From assembly GCA_963666365.2 (NCBI GenBank), contig CAXXNF010000002.1, forward strand, positions 1,728,001 through 1,792,000: a DNA stretch of 64,000 nt, in the 5' to 3' direction. Below the pieces are notes generated by a model. The model did no database searches, was not told the DNA's origin, and was given only the letters and a program-made list of their open reading frames with translations. The number at the start of each line of letters is the position of its first letter. Positions within the stretch are counted from its first letter, which is position 1. This stretch comes from Syntrophales bacterium (GTDB lineage Bacteria > Desulfobacterota > Syntrophia > Syntrophales > UBA2210). This document shows positions 20,790-30,662 of this stretch, piece after piece. Both the position numbers and the translations under genes were made by a program.

Positions 20790-21830
20790 ATGAAAGAAAT
20801 TTCTGCAGCGGCTGCTCATGGCAAATCCCAAGAGAGGCGGCGTGATGGATTCACCCCGCAGCCCTGGGCCCGAAACGCCCATATTCAGAGCATATTCGCC
20901 AGCCTGAAGCTCCGGGCGCTGGGCACAAACGAAATGGTCGACGCCTCCCGGGAAATAATCCTGGATTGCACCAACAATGCACGGCTTCTCGGTTATTATT
21001 CGCCCCACCCGCGGGGAAAGGCGCTGGTGCTCCTTTTGCACGGATGGGAGGGAAGCGCTGACTCCACCTACATACTTCACAGCGGCCGATACTTTTATCG
21101 GAACCACTTCGATATTTTCCGTTTGAACCTGCGCGATCACGGGGAAACCCATCATTTGAACGAGGGAATTTTTCACGGCGCGCTGCTGGATGAAGTGGTG
21201 GAGGCAACGCATCGAGTAGCCGAACTCGCCGCCGGACGGCCCTTTTTTATTGTCGGTTTTTCCCTGGGAGGCAACTTCGCCCTTCGTATCGCCCGCAGCC
21301 ATGGAACACGCCCGATTACAGGGCTCCGCCATATCGTCTGTGTAAGTCCGCTGCTTGATCCTTACAAGGCCACACTCTGCATCGACAACGGCATGCCCAT
21401 CTATCGCTATTATTTCCGGAAAAAGTGGAAACGGTCACTCAAGCAGAAAGGGGATCTCTTTCCGGATCTCTACGACTTCAAGGACATCCTGCAGTTACAC
21501 AGCACCCTGGCAATGACTGACCTGCTGATACAGCGCTACAGCGATTTCAGCGACTACCGGGAATACTTCAACCAGTATACCCTTCTGGGAGATGCCCTAG
21601 CCGACCTTACGATTCCCGTGACGGCCATTGCCTCCGAAGACGATCCGGTCATTCCCGCAGGTGATTTTCATGAACTCACGAAAAATTCATTCCTTGAACT
21701 TGATATGCAGCCCTATGGAGGGCACTGCGGCTTTCTCCATCCCTTTCCCTTTGGATGCTGGTACGAACCGCACTGTACCCGGATATTCGACTCCTATATC
21801 GAGGCATCGCATCGGCACGAACCATCATGA
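20790..21830 (+). CDS. Alpha/beta hydrolase (YheT-like)
   Basis: NAHIQSI, LHGWEGS, GFSLGG, DDPVIP, GGHCGF. Confidence 0.88.
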   Translation: MKEISAAAAHGKSQERRRDGFTPQPWARNAHIQSIFASLKLRALGTNEMVDASREIILDCTNNARLLGYYSPHPRGKALVLLLHGWEGSADSTYILHSGRYFYRNHFDIFRLNLRDHGETHHLNEGIFHGALLDEVVEATHRVAELAAGRPFFIVGFSLGGNFALRIARSHGTRPITGLRHIVCVSPLLDPYKATLCIDNGMPIYRYYFRKKWKRSLKQKGDLFPDLYDFKDILQLHSTLAMTDLLIQRYSDFSDYREYFNQYTLLGDALADLTIPVTAIASEDDPVIPAGDFHELTKNSFLELDMQPYGGHCGFLHPFPFGCWYEPHCTRIFDSYIEASHRHEPS

Positions 21831-22604
21831 GCGTAAAGGACAGCGAAAGGATTTCAGATTGATCCCAAGGGGGAAATCTGTTTTCAGACAGGCCAGATCA
21901 CGGGCGAGGCGCGCCTCTTCAGTGTGACGGTATATCATCTCACCCGTTTTGCCCGGAATTGTATGGGCCAGAGCGAGAATCGCATCGAGATCCCCTATTT
22001 CATTCACGAGACGGGCCGCCGTCTTCATCCCCACAGAGGGAACACCGGGGATATTATTTGTCGCATCACCCGCGAGGGCAAGCAGATCCACAAAGCGTTC
22101 CGGTTCGACGCCGTATTTCCCCCTCACCCACGCACGGTCCAGATCCCGTTTTTGAAAGTGATCCCGAACGGTGATGAAATCGGAAAGCAGCTGGATAAAT
22201 ATTTTGTCCGTCGAAAGAATGATGACCCTGCCCTTTCGGCGCGCAACCTTGTCGGCAAGCGTGGCGATCACATCATCGGCTTCCAATTCGGAAAAGGAGA
22301 GACTGGGCGCCCCCTCCTCCGAAAAGGCATCGGCAATGGAAGAAAGCCCCTCTTTCAAGGACACGGGCATGGGCTCCCGGTGTGCCTTGTAGGCGGGATA
22401 TCGCCGACGACGCCAGCCGGGCTGCGGGCCGTCAAACACGGCAACCGCATGGGTCGGCGCCGCCTCTTTGAGGGCGCGCCTGAGGGATTGTACGCTGGTG
22501 GAAATCGCGCTTTGCACACGCTCAGGGCCATCGTCTCCCGGCTGTGCCGCATATATGCGACGGACAAGATTGAGTCCGTCCACCACAAGAAAGGTAATAC
22601 CCAT
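21825..22604 (-). CDS. xni: Flap endonuclease Xni/ExoIX (5'-3' exonuclease family)
   Basis: VDGLNLVRRIYA, YKAHR, EADDVIATLA, STDK, IPGVPSVGMKTA; no polymerase domain. Confidence 0.85.
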   Translation of the reverse strand: MGITFLVVDGLNLVRRIYAAQPGDDGPERVQSAISTSVQSLRRALKEAAPTHAVAVFDGPQPGWRRRRYPAYKAHREPMPVSLKEGLSSIADAFSEEGAPSLSFSELEADDVIATLADKVARRKGRVIILSTDKIFIQLLSDFITVRDHFQKRDLDRAWVRGKYGVEPERFVDLLALAGDATNNIPGVPSVGMKTAARLVNEIGDLDAILALAHTIPGKTGEMIYRHTEEARLARDLACLKTDFPLGINLKSFRCPLRS

Positions 22605-22740
22605 ATTCCCGTTCCGGATGACGGGTGTGTATGTGCAGCAGCACACTCCCGCCAGCGGGCTCGGAGAGGACCGGCCATCTCTTCTTGTCCATGGAAAGAA
22701 TTGATGGGCCGGCATCCTCTTTTCGACAGTCAGTTATGCC

Positions 22741-23421
22741 TTATTGCTTCTCGTTCAATACCACCAGGGCATCGACGGCTACCGGTTTCCCATTCAGGAT
22801 CTTCAACGGGTTTATGTCAATCTCTTTGACCGCATCGTATTCGAGACCGATCTTACCGATGGCGATCAATATATCCGAAAGCACCTTTTTGTCCACTTCA
22901 GGCTTCCCTCGAAAGGCGCCGAGAATCTTCTTCGCACGAATCTCCCCCATCATATCCTCGGCGTCCCACTGGGTCAAAGGCGCAACACGGAACGACACAT
23001 CCTCGAGGATTTCCGTAAAAATACCGCCCAGACCGAACATGACACAGGGGCCGAACTGTGGATCGCGGGTAAGCCCCACCACAAGCTCACGGTCCCCTTT
23101 GACCATCTGCTGCACCAGCACTTCTTTCACTGCGGAGTTCTCTCTCAAACCCCTGAAGGCCTCCCGCACCTCGCTGTCGGTCCTAAGATCGAGCCTGATC
23201 AGATTCATCTCCGTTTTATGGGCAAGCTCGGCCCCCGATCCCTTAAGAACGATGGGGTAACCTATCTCGGCCGCTACGGACGCAGCCTCTTCTTCGGTGG
23301 TCACCACCTGTTCCCGGGTTACGGGAATGCCATGGGAGGCCAGAAAGAGTTTAGAGTCGTGCTCCGATAAGGTTTTTTCACCTCGTTTCAGTGCTTCTTC
23401 AAGAATCTTCATTATACCCAT
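22741..23421 (-). CDS. NDP-forming acyl-CoA synthetase beta (ATP-grasp) subunit
   Basis: LSEHDSK, AHKTE, FGPCVMFGLGG, DINPL. Confidence 0.9.
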   Translation of the reverse strand: MGIMKILEEALKRGEKTLSEHDSKLFLASHGIPVTREQVVTTEEEAASVAAEIGYPIVLKGSGAELAHKTEMNLIRLDLRTDSEVREAFRGLRENSAVKEVLVQQMVKGDRELVVGLTRDPQFGPCVMFGLGGIFTEILEDVSFRVAPLTQWDAEDMMGEIRAKKILGAFRGKPEVDKKVLSDILIAIGKIGLEYDAVKEIDINPLKILNGKPVAVDALVVLNEKQ

Positions 23422-23432
23422 ATCTCCTTTAA

Positions 23433-24911
23433 CTAATCGTTTTGGTTATTATCTTCAATCGGCGAATCCAGAAACCGCCTGTAATCGACCATCCGGGCCA
23501 GTGCCCGGACCGCACGCTCAGGCGTGGGATAGGATACCACCTGATGATTCATAAGATCCGATTTGTGATCCTCATAATCGCCCAGCGTCACGATGATAAT
23601 CGGTTTTCCCGTTTTATCCACCAGATTGCGCGCATGATCCAGCACAATATCGTTTTGTCCCGCGTAATCTTTGGCGATTTCTCGCGCAAAGGCCAGTGTT
23701 TTTTTCAGTTCTTCCGTCCCTTTGACGTTGTCGTTAAAATCCAGCGCCCCCTGGATCGATCCGCCAAGTGCGATAACGGCATCCACCTCATCCCATTCGG
23801 CCAGTATTTCCAGGCATTCCAGATAGGGTTCCGATGTAATGACCGCTGCCATGTCCACCGGATTTCCGTGACTCCAGTAGGGGGGAAGAATCCTGTTCAT
23901 TTTTTCGATAATATCGTCGGAAAGCGGGGGAATCACCAGTCCGTGCTCCTCGCAGGAATCGGCGGTGATCACGCCCCATCCACCGCCCCGCGTCAGAATG
24001 GCAATGCGGTTTCCTCTGGGAGTCGGATATGCCGAAAAGGCCTTTGCACAGTCCACGAGCCCCTGGCTGTCTTCTATCTCGATGATGCCTGCCTGATGGA
24101 AGGCCGCCCTCAGGACGTGCGATGACACGGCCATGGCGCCGCTGTGAGAGGCCGCCGCTTTGCCGCCCGTCTGTGTTCTCCCCCCCTTGAATATCAAAAC
24201 CGGCTTCTTCCTGCACACATTGCGTGCCACCCGGTATAGTTCGGTATCGGCATCAAGCCCCTCCATATAGGCCAGTATGACCGAGGTGGCCCCATCTTCG
24301 GCAAAATAGTCAAGGTAGTCTTCGCATTTCAGGTCGCCTTCGTTGCCGCTGCTTACGAACTTATTAAACCCCACGCCCTTGTTGATGCCCCAGTAGAGCA
24401 TCTGCACCCCCACATTTCCGCTTTGCGAAAACATGGAGAGCGATCCGTGCAGCGGCATCACTGGCGGCATCAGTGCGTGCAGATTGGTGCGGGCGCTGAA
24501 AATGCCCATGGTGTTGGGCCCCACGAGACGCATGCCGTATCTGTGCGCCTTTTCCACAATCTCCTGCTCCATCCGCGCCCCTTCGGGACCGGTCTCACTG
24601 AAATCCGAGGTTATGACGACTACATAGGGCACTCCTTTTCTACCACACTCATCAATCAGCGACGATACGGTGGGTGCGGGTGTGGTAATCACGACCAGAT
24701 CCACCGGTTCCGGAATCGCTTCAAGAGAAGGATAGCAGGGAAGTCCCAATATAGAATCCAGTTTCGGGTTGACCGGATAGACGAGCCCCTCAAACTCCCC
24801 CTTTAAAATATTGAAAAGAACAATGAACCCCCATTTTATCGGATTTGCCGATGCGCCGACGAGGGCCAGGCTACGAGGGTTGAAGAGAGTATCGAGATTG
24901 TGCGTTTTCAT
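23433..24911 (-). CDS. NDP-forming acyl-CoA synthetase alpha (CoA-binding) subunit
   Basis: GPNTMG, SQSG, ASHSGA, NPVD; RBS GAGGTG. Confidence 0.9.
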   Translation of the reverse strand: MKTHNLDTLFNPRSLALVGASANPIKWGFIVLFNILKGEFEGLVYPVNPKLDSILGLPCYPSLEAIPEPVDLVVITTPAPTVSSLIDECGRKGVPYVVVITSDFSETGPEGARMEQEIVEKAHRYGMRLVGPNTMGIFSARTNLHALMPPVMPLHGSLSMFSQSGNVGVQMLYWGINKGVGFNKFVSSGNEGDLKCEDYLDYFAEDGATSVILAYMEGLDADTELYRVARNVCRKKPVLIFKGGRTQTGGKAAASHSGAMAVSSHVLRAAFHQAGIIEIEDSQGLVDCAKAFSAYPTPRGNRIAILTRGGGWGVITADSCEEHGLVIPPLSDDIIEKMNRILPPYWSHGNPVDMAAVITSEPYLECLEILAEWDEVDAVIALGGSIQGALDFNDNVKGTEELKKTLAFAREIAKDYAGQNDIVLDHARNLVDKTGKPIIIVTLGDYEDHKSDLMNHQVVSYPTPERAVRALARMVDYRRFLDSPIEDNNQND

Positions 24912-25009
24912 ATCACCTCTCGCTTTCCAGTTATCCTTCATGCATCTTTTTCATATATCATTCCGGATTAGACCACTACCTGAATCTGCCCTTTCGCGCA
25001 ACCCTTATT

Positions 25010-25837
25010 TTACAGCACCTCTTTGCGGATGAAATCGACGGCGTTTCGAAAGATGGCAAGTCCCATCCCCTCTTCCGGCAGATCCTCCCTCGTCCACCGC
25101 GGGTGGTTCGTGCGATGAAGGTAGGCCTCCGGATGGGGCATGAGACCGAAAAGCCTGCCCGTCTCGTCGCAGATTCCCGCGACTGCATCGATGGATCCGT
25201 TTGGATTTCCGGGATAGGTCATGACCGGCTCCCGATAGTGGCTGTCACTGTATTGAAGCACCACCTGCCCCTGGGCGTGGAGTCGTTCCAGAACACCTTC
25301 ATCATCGGCGATAAATTTTCCTTCACCATGTCGCACAGGAAAATAGAGTCCCCCCAGTCCCTGGGTAAACACGCAGGGTGATTCCTGACGCACTTTGAGA
25401 TAGACCCATCGGTCCTCAAAACGGCCGCAATCGTTGAAGGCCAGCGTCACCGCCTGGCGGCGGTAATCCCTGCCGAGCGCGGGGAGCAGTCCCAGCTTTA
25501 CCATCAGTTGAAAGCCGTTACAGACACCAAGCACCAGTTTTCCATCCTCGATAAAACGGATCAGCTGATCATAGAGTCGCTCTTTACCGCTCCCTATGCG
25601 GGCATGAATGATTCTGTTGGCCCCCGCCTTTGCCGAACCCAGATCGTCGCCGTCAAGAAACCCGCCGGGCAAATTTAAAAAATGATAGTCGTCAAGTCTT
25701 CTGTCTCCATACAGCAGTTCGCTTATATGGACGATATCGACCTCGTCGGAACCGGCAAGACGGCAGGCATGGGCCATTTCCATTTCACAGTTCGTTCCGT
25801 TTCCGGTAATCACTATTGATCGTAAAGGTTTTGTCAT
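25010..25837 (-). CDS. purQ: FGAM synthase glutaminase subunit PurQ
   Basis: GTNCE, PGGFLDGD, GVCNGFQ, HGEG, MPHPE. Confidence 0.95.
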   Translation of the reverse strand: MTKPLRSIVITGNGTNCEMEMAHACRLAGSDEVDIVHISELLYGDRRLDDYHFLNLPGGFLDGDDLGSAKAGANRIIHARIGSGKERLYDQLIRFIEDGKLVLGVCNGFQLMVKLGLLPALGRDYRRQAVTLAFNDCGRFEDRWVYLKVRQESPCVFTQGLGGLYFPVRHGEGKFIADDEGVLERLHAQGQVVLQYSDSHYREPVMTYPGNPNGSIDAVAGICDETGRLFGLMPHPEAYLHRTNHPRWTREDLPEEGMGLAIFRNAVDFIRKEVL

Positions 25838-25850
25838 GATCGCTTTCCAC

Positions 25851-25885
25851 GTTCTACGTTCTATGTTCTACGTTCTATGTTCTAT
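25851..25885. repeat. Heptamer tandem repeat (GTTCTAY)x5
   Basis: GTTCTAC GTTCTAT GTTCTAC GTTCTAT GTTCTAT between purL and purQ. Confidence 0.9.
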
Positions 25886-25910
25886 GTTTTGGGAATTCGC
25901 CCGGAATTTG

Positions 25911-28910
25911 CTAGAAGGCCAGCGGTTTCTGCCAGGCAGCCTTCAGCTCCGCCGTCTCTTCCCTGATTAATTCTTCTCCCTCATGACCCTGGACCAGCAG
26001 GAGTCCATCGTCGGTCACGCACCCGATTTCAGCACAGACAGTCCCCGCCATGACATTTTCAAATGCATCTTTCAACTCGGGCCGCACGGTCACGACAAAG
26101 CGGCTCGGCGTCTCCGAAAAGAGGATAAAGTCGTTTCTGTCGACGTCTTCGACAGGCGCCTTCGACAGATCAACGGTCATCCCCAGTCCCCCCGAAAAGG
26201 CCGTTTCCGCCAGGGCAATACCCAACCCCCCGTCGGAACAATCGTGACAGGAGGCGACAAGACCGCCGGCAATGGCGCGGCTGAGGGCCTGGTAGCGCGC
26301 TTTTGCCTCGGCGCCCCGCACCCGGGGCACCCTATTGCCGGTCGCTCCGTAAAGGGCGAACCATTCCGAACCACCCAGTTCGTTCCGTGTTTCACCGATC
26401 ACATACACACGATCCCCGGGGCGCTTCGCGTCCATGGTGACGGCCTTTCTCACATCGTCTATTTTGCCCAGCACCGAAAATAGAAGTGTAGGCGGAATAG
26501 AGATCTTCGTAGTCCCGATGATATAGTCGTTCTTCATACTGTCTTTTCCCGATATGCAGGGAACGCCGAAGAGGGTGGTATACTCGTAGAGCGCCTGGTT
26601 GGCACGCACAAGCTGGGCCAGTTTATACCGCCCGTCCGGGGTCTTTTCCGATTCCACGGGATCACACCAGCAGAAGTTGTCGATGCCCGCCATTCGGTCC
26701 AGGGAACCGCCCACGGCAATGGCGTTGCGCACGGCCTCATCTATGGCGCAGGCCGCCATGTGATAGGCATCGATATCGCTGTAACGGGGGCAGATTCCGT
26801 TGGCCACGACTATCCCCTCAAAGGATTCGAGAATGGGCCTGATGACGGCGGCGTCGCTGGGACCGTCGTTTACCGCACCGACCAGGGGTTTGATTACGCT
26901 TCCGCCCTGTACCTCATGATCGTACTGGCGGACCACCGACTCCTTGCTGCAGATGTTGAGCCGCGAGAGCATGGTTTTCAATGCGGCGCCCATCTCTGCC
27001 GGTTCCGGGAAATCGGGCTCTTCGTATACCAGCGGCCGCCATGCGGCCGAGAGCTTCATGGGGGGAAGCCCCTCATGGAGAAAATGCATATCCAGATAGG
27101 CCACGGTGCACTCCCCATAGCGAATGTGGTATTTACCGGAATCGGTAAAGGTCCCCAGGACGGTGGCCTCTACATCCATACGCTTCGCCAGCTCAAGGAA
27201 AGCATCGAGTCTTTCCGGTTTTATGGCCAGGCTCATGCGCTCCTGGGCCTCCGATATAAGAATTTCCCAGGGCTGGAGGCCGGCGTACTTCAAAGGCGCC
27301 CGGGCAAGATCCATGTCGCAGCCGCCGCAGAGTGTGGCCATCTCACCCACCGACGAGGACAGCCCACCGGCTCCGTTATCGGTAATAGCCCGGTAATACC
27401 CTCTATCCCGCGCAATCAGGAGAAAGTCGGTCATCTTTTTCTGGGTGATGGGATCTCCGATCTGAACCGCCGTGACAGGCGATCCTTCATGAAGCTCCTC
27501 CGATGAGAAGGTTGCCCCGTGGATGCCGTCCTTGCCGATTCTCCCCCCTACCATGACAATGACATCGCCGGGCAGGATCGTTTTGGTATGACTCGGTTCT
27601 CCGTCTATCTCCGCCGGCATGATACCGCCGGTTCCGCAGTAGACAAGAGGTTTTCCGAGATAACGATCATCAAAGACGATGCAGCCGTTGACCGTGGGGA
27701 TACCGCTCTTGTTCCCCCCGTGCTCCACCCCCTCCCGCACCCCTTCGAAAATCCGCCGTGGATGAAGGATGCGGGCGGGAAGCGGTCGATCGTAGAAAGG
27801 GTTGGCAAAGCAGAACACATCGGTATTGAATATCAGTTTGGCCCCCCTGCCGGTCCCGAAGGGATCGCGGTTCACGCCGACAATTCCCGTGAGAGCGCCG
27901 CCGTAAGGATCAAGCGCCGACGGTGAGTTGTGCGTTTCTACCTTGAAGACAAGGTTGTACTCATCATTGAACTGTATCACCCCGGCATTGTCTACAAATA
28001 CGGACCGGCACCAGTCCTCGCTGCCGAGGGCCTCACGGATTTTCCTGGTCGATCCCTTGATGTAGGTGCTGAAGAGCGACTCTATGACCTCCGTTTCGCC
28101 CGATTCGTTTTCGTAGTCAATGGTGCTGTTGAAGATTTTGTGCTTGCAGTGTTCGGACCAGGTCTGTGCCAGCGCCTCCAGCTCTACATCGGTGATCAGG
28201 TGCGAAAGTCCGACCTTTTTTCGTTCTTCAATAACCGTCCCATCGGACAGATGATCCCGAATTACTTTCATTTCTTCGGTCGTAAGGGCGAGCACTCTCG
28301 TAGTGCTGATGTTCTGCAGTTCCTCTTCGGAAACATTCAAATCCAGTTCCTCTACATGAGGTTCCTCTTCGATATGTACGCGAGGAACAGTGGGCGCCAC
28401 CCCCTTTACGGAATCCCATGCGCGGCCGTCTATAATTTCGTAGCGCTGAATCAGGTCATTGGCCAACAGCCCCGAGGCGATCTCTTCGGCCTCTTCTTTC
28501 GTGCAGGCGCCCCTGATGAGGTACTGCCGAGAGGTGTAGACGCCCCGCGGTTCTTCTTTCTTCCCTTCAAGCATCAAGGCAAGGGCTTCGCGGGCGGTTT
28601 TTCCCACGTTATCGGTGACGCCGGGGCGGAATCCCACTTCGATGAGCCAGGAGAAATCCCGTGCCAGGGGCCTGTTTACGCCGTAATGCTGGATAAGGGG
28701 ATCAGAAAGAGGTCCCTCGGCGGCGGCTTTCAGCTCGTCCTCCGAGAGATTCCCCTCGATGGTGTAGACCTCAATGGTGGCAACTTCGTCAACATTTATA
28801 CCCAGTTGCTCATGTATCTTCTTTTTTGTCCTTTCGCCAAGGGCATCCCGTATCCCCTCTTTAAACCCTATTACGATTCTGTTGATCATAGTCATCTCTT
28901 TCTTGCTCAT
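25911..28910 (-). CDS. purL: FGAM synthase PurL with N-terminal PurS-like region
   Basis: WSEHCKHK, KVETHNSPS, DGIHGA, DNGAGG, SEAQERM, SGKDS. Start may be 28889. Confidence 0.95.
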   Translation of the reverse strand: MSKKEMTMINRIVIGFKEGIRDALGERTKKKIHEQLGINVDEVATIEVYTIEGNLSEDELKAAAEGPLSDPLIQHYGVNRPLARDFSWLIEVGFRPGVTDNVGKTAREALALMLEGKKEEPRGVYTSRQYLIRGACTKEEAEEIASGLLANDLIQRYEIIDGRAWDSVKGVAPTVPRVHIEEEPHVEELDLNVSEEELQNISTTRVLALTTEEMKVIRDHLSDGTVIEERKKVGLSHLITDVELEALAQTWSEHCKHKIFNSTIDYENESGETEVIESLFSTYIKGSTRKIREALGSEDWCRSVFVDNAGVIQFNDEYNLVFKVETHNSPSALDPYGGALTGIVGVNRDPFGTGRGAKLIFNTDVFCFANPFYDRPLPARILHPRRIFEGVREGVEHGGNKSGIPTVNGCIVFDDRYLGKPLVYCGTGGIMPAEIDGEPSHTKTILPGDVIVMVGGRIGKDGIHGATFSSEELHEGSPVTAVQIGDPITQKKMTDFLLIARDRGYYRAITDNGAGGLSSSVGEMATLCGGCDMDLARAPLKYAGLQPWEILISEAQERMSLAIKPERLDAFLELAKRMDVEATVLGTFTDSGKYHIRYGECTVAYLDMHFLHEGLPPMKLSAAWRPLVYEEPDFPEPAEMGAALKTMLSRLNICSKESVVRQYDHEVQGGSVIKPLVGAVNDGPSDAAVIRPILESFEGIVVANGICPRYSDIDAYHMAACAIDEAVRNAIAVGGSLDRMAGIDNFCWCDPVESEKTPDGRYKLAQLVRANQALYEYTTLFGVPCISGKDSMKNDYIIGTTKISIPPTLLFSVLGKIDDVRKAVTMDAKRPGDRVYVIGETRNELGGSEWFALYGATGNRVPRVRGAEAKARYQALSRAIAGGLVASCHDCSDGGLGIALAETAFSGGLGMTVDLSKAPVEDVDRNDFILFSETPSRFVVTVRPELKDAFENVMAGTVCAEIGCVTDDGLLLVQGHEGEELIREETAELKAAWQKPLAF

Positions 28911-30274
28911 CTCCTGAGCCCATACCGAATCATCTTCAATTGCAGTCCCTTTCGGCTGAGCCCCAGTTTCCTGGCTGCCTGCGACACATTCCCCTCGCAG
29001 GCCTCGAGCACATCGGCTATCATTCCCCGCTCGATGGACTCGGTCCGTTCCCTGAGTATGTTCTTAAAGGAACCCGCATCGCCCACTTTTAAGGCGCCAC
29101 TTTCGGCCGGTGCGACGTACCGCATTTCTTCCGGAAGATCGCTCACCCGAAGGGTCCTTTCTTTTGCCAGAAGGACGAGCCGTTCCATAAGGTTTTCCAT
29201 TTCACGTATGTTCCCGGGCCATGCGTATTTGCGAAAGTGTTCACACACCTGCGGTTCCACCGTTTCGACGCGGCGGTTCAGTTTCCGGTTGAACTTGTCA
29301 AGAAAATACTGAAATAAAAGTTCTATATCCTCTTCCCGATCGCGCAGAGGGGGAAGGGTAACGGGCAGCACGTTCAGACGGTAGAAGAGATCCTCTCTGA
29401 AGCGCCCTTCCCCCACATCTTTGCGAAGATCGCGATTGGTCGCGGCGATGAGACGGACATCGACCTTGATGGTCTCAAGCCCCCCTACGCGTTCGAACTC
29501 CTGATCCTGAAGAACCCGAAGCAGTTTTGCCTGCATGTCCCGCGGCAGTTCCCCCACTTCGTCGAGAAAAAGAGTGCCTCTGTGGGCCTGTTCGAAACGG
29601 CCGAACTTGCGGCCGGCAGCGCCGGTAAAAGCGCCCTTTTCATAACCGAAAAGTTCGCTTTCCATCAGGTTTTCAGGAATCGCGGCACAATTGATTTTAA
29701 TGAAGGGAGCATCCTTGCGGGGACTTTGCCGGTGAATCGCCCGGGCGATAAGCTCTTTGCCGGTACCCGTCTCACCCCGCACAAGTACGGTGGTGGTTGT
29801 GGGCGCCACCGTGCCTATGATTTCGTATATTTCCGCCATCGACGGACCCGATCCGATAATGTCGCAAAATTCTCCATCGGTGGAACCGGGGACAATCTCA
29901 CCCTCGCTGAGGCACTTTGTCGTTACCGCTTTTCCCACGATGTGTTTCAGCTCTTCCTGATCGAAGGGTTTGGTGATGTAATCGAAGGCGCCCTGTTTGA
30001 CCGCTTCAACGGCATTTGCGATCGTCCCGTGGGCGGTAATAATAATAACGGGAATGGATGGGTATTCTTTCTCTATGCGCGCCAAAAGCCCGAGGCCGTC
30101 GAGGCGGGGCATTTTGAGATCGGTGACCACCACGTCTACACAATCCCTATCCACTATCTCACAGGCCTCAAGACCGTCGGAGGCGGCCAGGATCCGATAG
30201 CCCTCCTTTTTGAGCATTGCGGCCAGTACGACCCGCATATTTTTTTCGTCGTCAACAACGAGAATCGTCGCCAT
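28907..30274 (-). CDS. NtrC/AtoC-family sigma54 response regulator
   Basis: Receiver VVDDE/TDLKMP, GETGTGKE, GAFTGA, Fis-type HTH. Confidence 0.94.
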   Translation of the reverse strand: MATILVVDDEKNMRVVLAAMLKKEGYRILAASDGLEACEIVDRDCVDVVVTDLKMPRLDGLGLLARIEKEYPSIPVIIITAHGTIANAVEAVKQGAFDYITKPFDQEELKHIVGKAVTTKCLSEGEIVPGSTDGEFCDIIGSGPSMAEIYEIIGTVAPTTTTVLVRGETGTGKELIARAIHRQSPRKDAPFIKINCAAIPENLMESELFGYEKGAFTGAAGRKFGRFEQAHRGTLFLDEVGELPRDMQAKLLRVLQDQEFERVGGLETIKVDVRLIAATNRDLRKDVGEGRFREDLFYRLNVLPVTLPPLRDREEDIELLFQYFLDKFNRKLNRRVETVEPQVCEHFRKYAWPGNIREMENLMERLVLLAKERTLRVSDLPEEMRYVAPAESGALKVGDAGSFKNILRERTESIERGMIADVLEACEGNVSQAARKLGLSRKGLQLKMIRYGLRR

Positions 30275-30460
30275 CGTTATTCGGAACCATCACTTTGCCT
30301 GTTGTCATGAAACCTCTTACTCTCAGTCACCTGGTCTGGAATGCCCGTCCTGTTAAGCCAATGTGGAAAATCGCAGCTGTGCTCTTGAATCAAGGCTATA
30401 TGCGGCAGGGTTAATGCAGCGCGCTGTCCCGGTGAATCCTCGGGTCTCAATTATGAAGGC

Positions 30461-30489
30461 ATCTTAGAAGGGAAGTGTTCCGCTGTCAA
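30461..30489 (-). promoter_or_regulatory. Sigma70 promoter for the regulator-purL-purQ unit
   Basis: TTGACA-N17-TAAGAT on the minus strand. Confidence 0.65.
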
Positions 30490-30493
30490 GACC

Positions 30494-30543
30494 AAATCTG
30501 ATGAACAATCCATTGGTAAGCCAATGGATTGTTCATCAGATTT
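30494..30543. repeat. Perfect 23-bp inverted repeat, 4-nt loop
   Basis: AAATCTGATGAACAATCCATTGG-TAAG-CCAATGGATTGTTCATCAGATTT. Confidence 0.92.
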
Positions 30544-30662
30544 TGATGCCTTAATAGTTCCTATTACCCCTGAAGGACAAAGACCGCCTGTATCAAACAT
30601 CATTGATGCATCAGGATCCAATGTTTCGCAACAGCCTATGTCATGAACTCAGAAGAATGAAT

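Noticed and set aside
27930..29312. 460-aa plus-strand ORF (and similar long antisense ORFs such as 50423-51595, 54191-55108, 21924-22829)
   Set aside because: Shadow frames opposite well-supported genes, with no recognisable motifs.
30250..30310. Short out-of-frame uORF with an RBS overlapping the response regulator start
   Set aside because: Only 18 codons with no distinctive content; cannot be told from chance.
30275..30455. ZMP/ZTP or purine riboswitch in the leader upstream of purL
   Set aside because: Conserved riboswitch motifs were not found.
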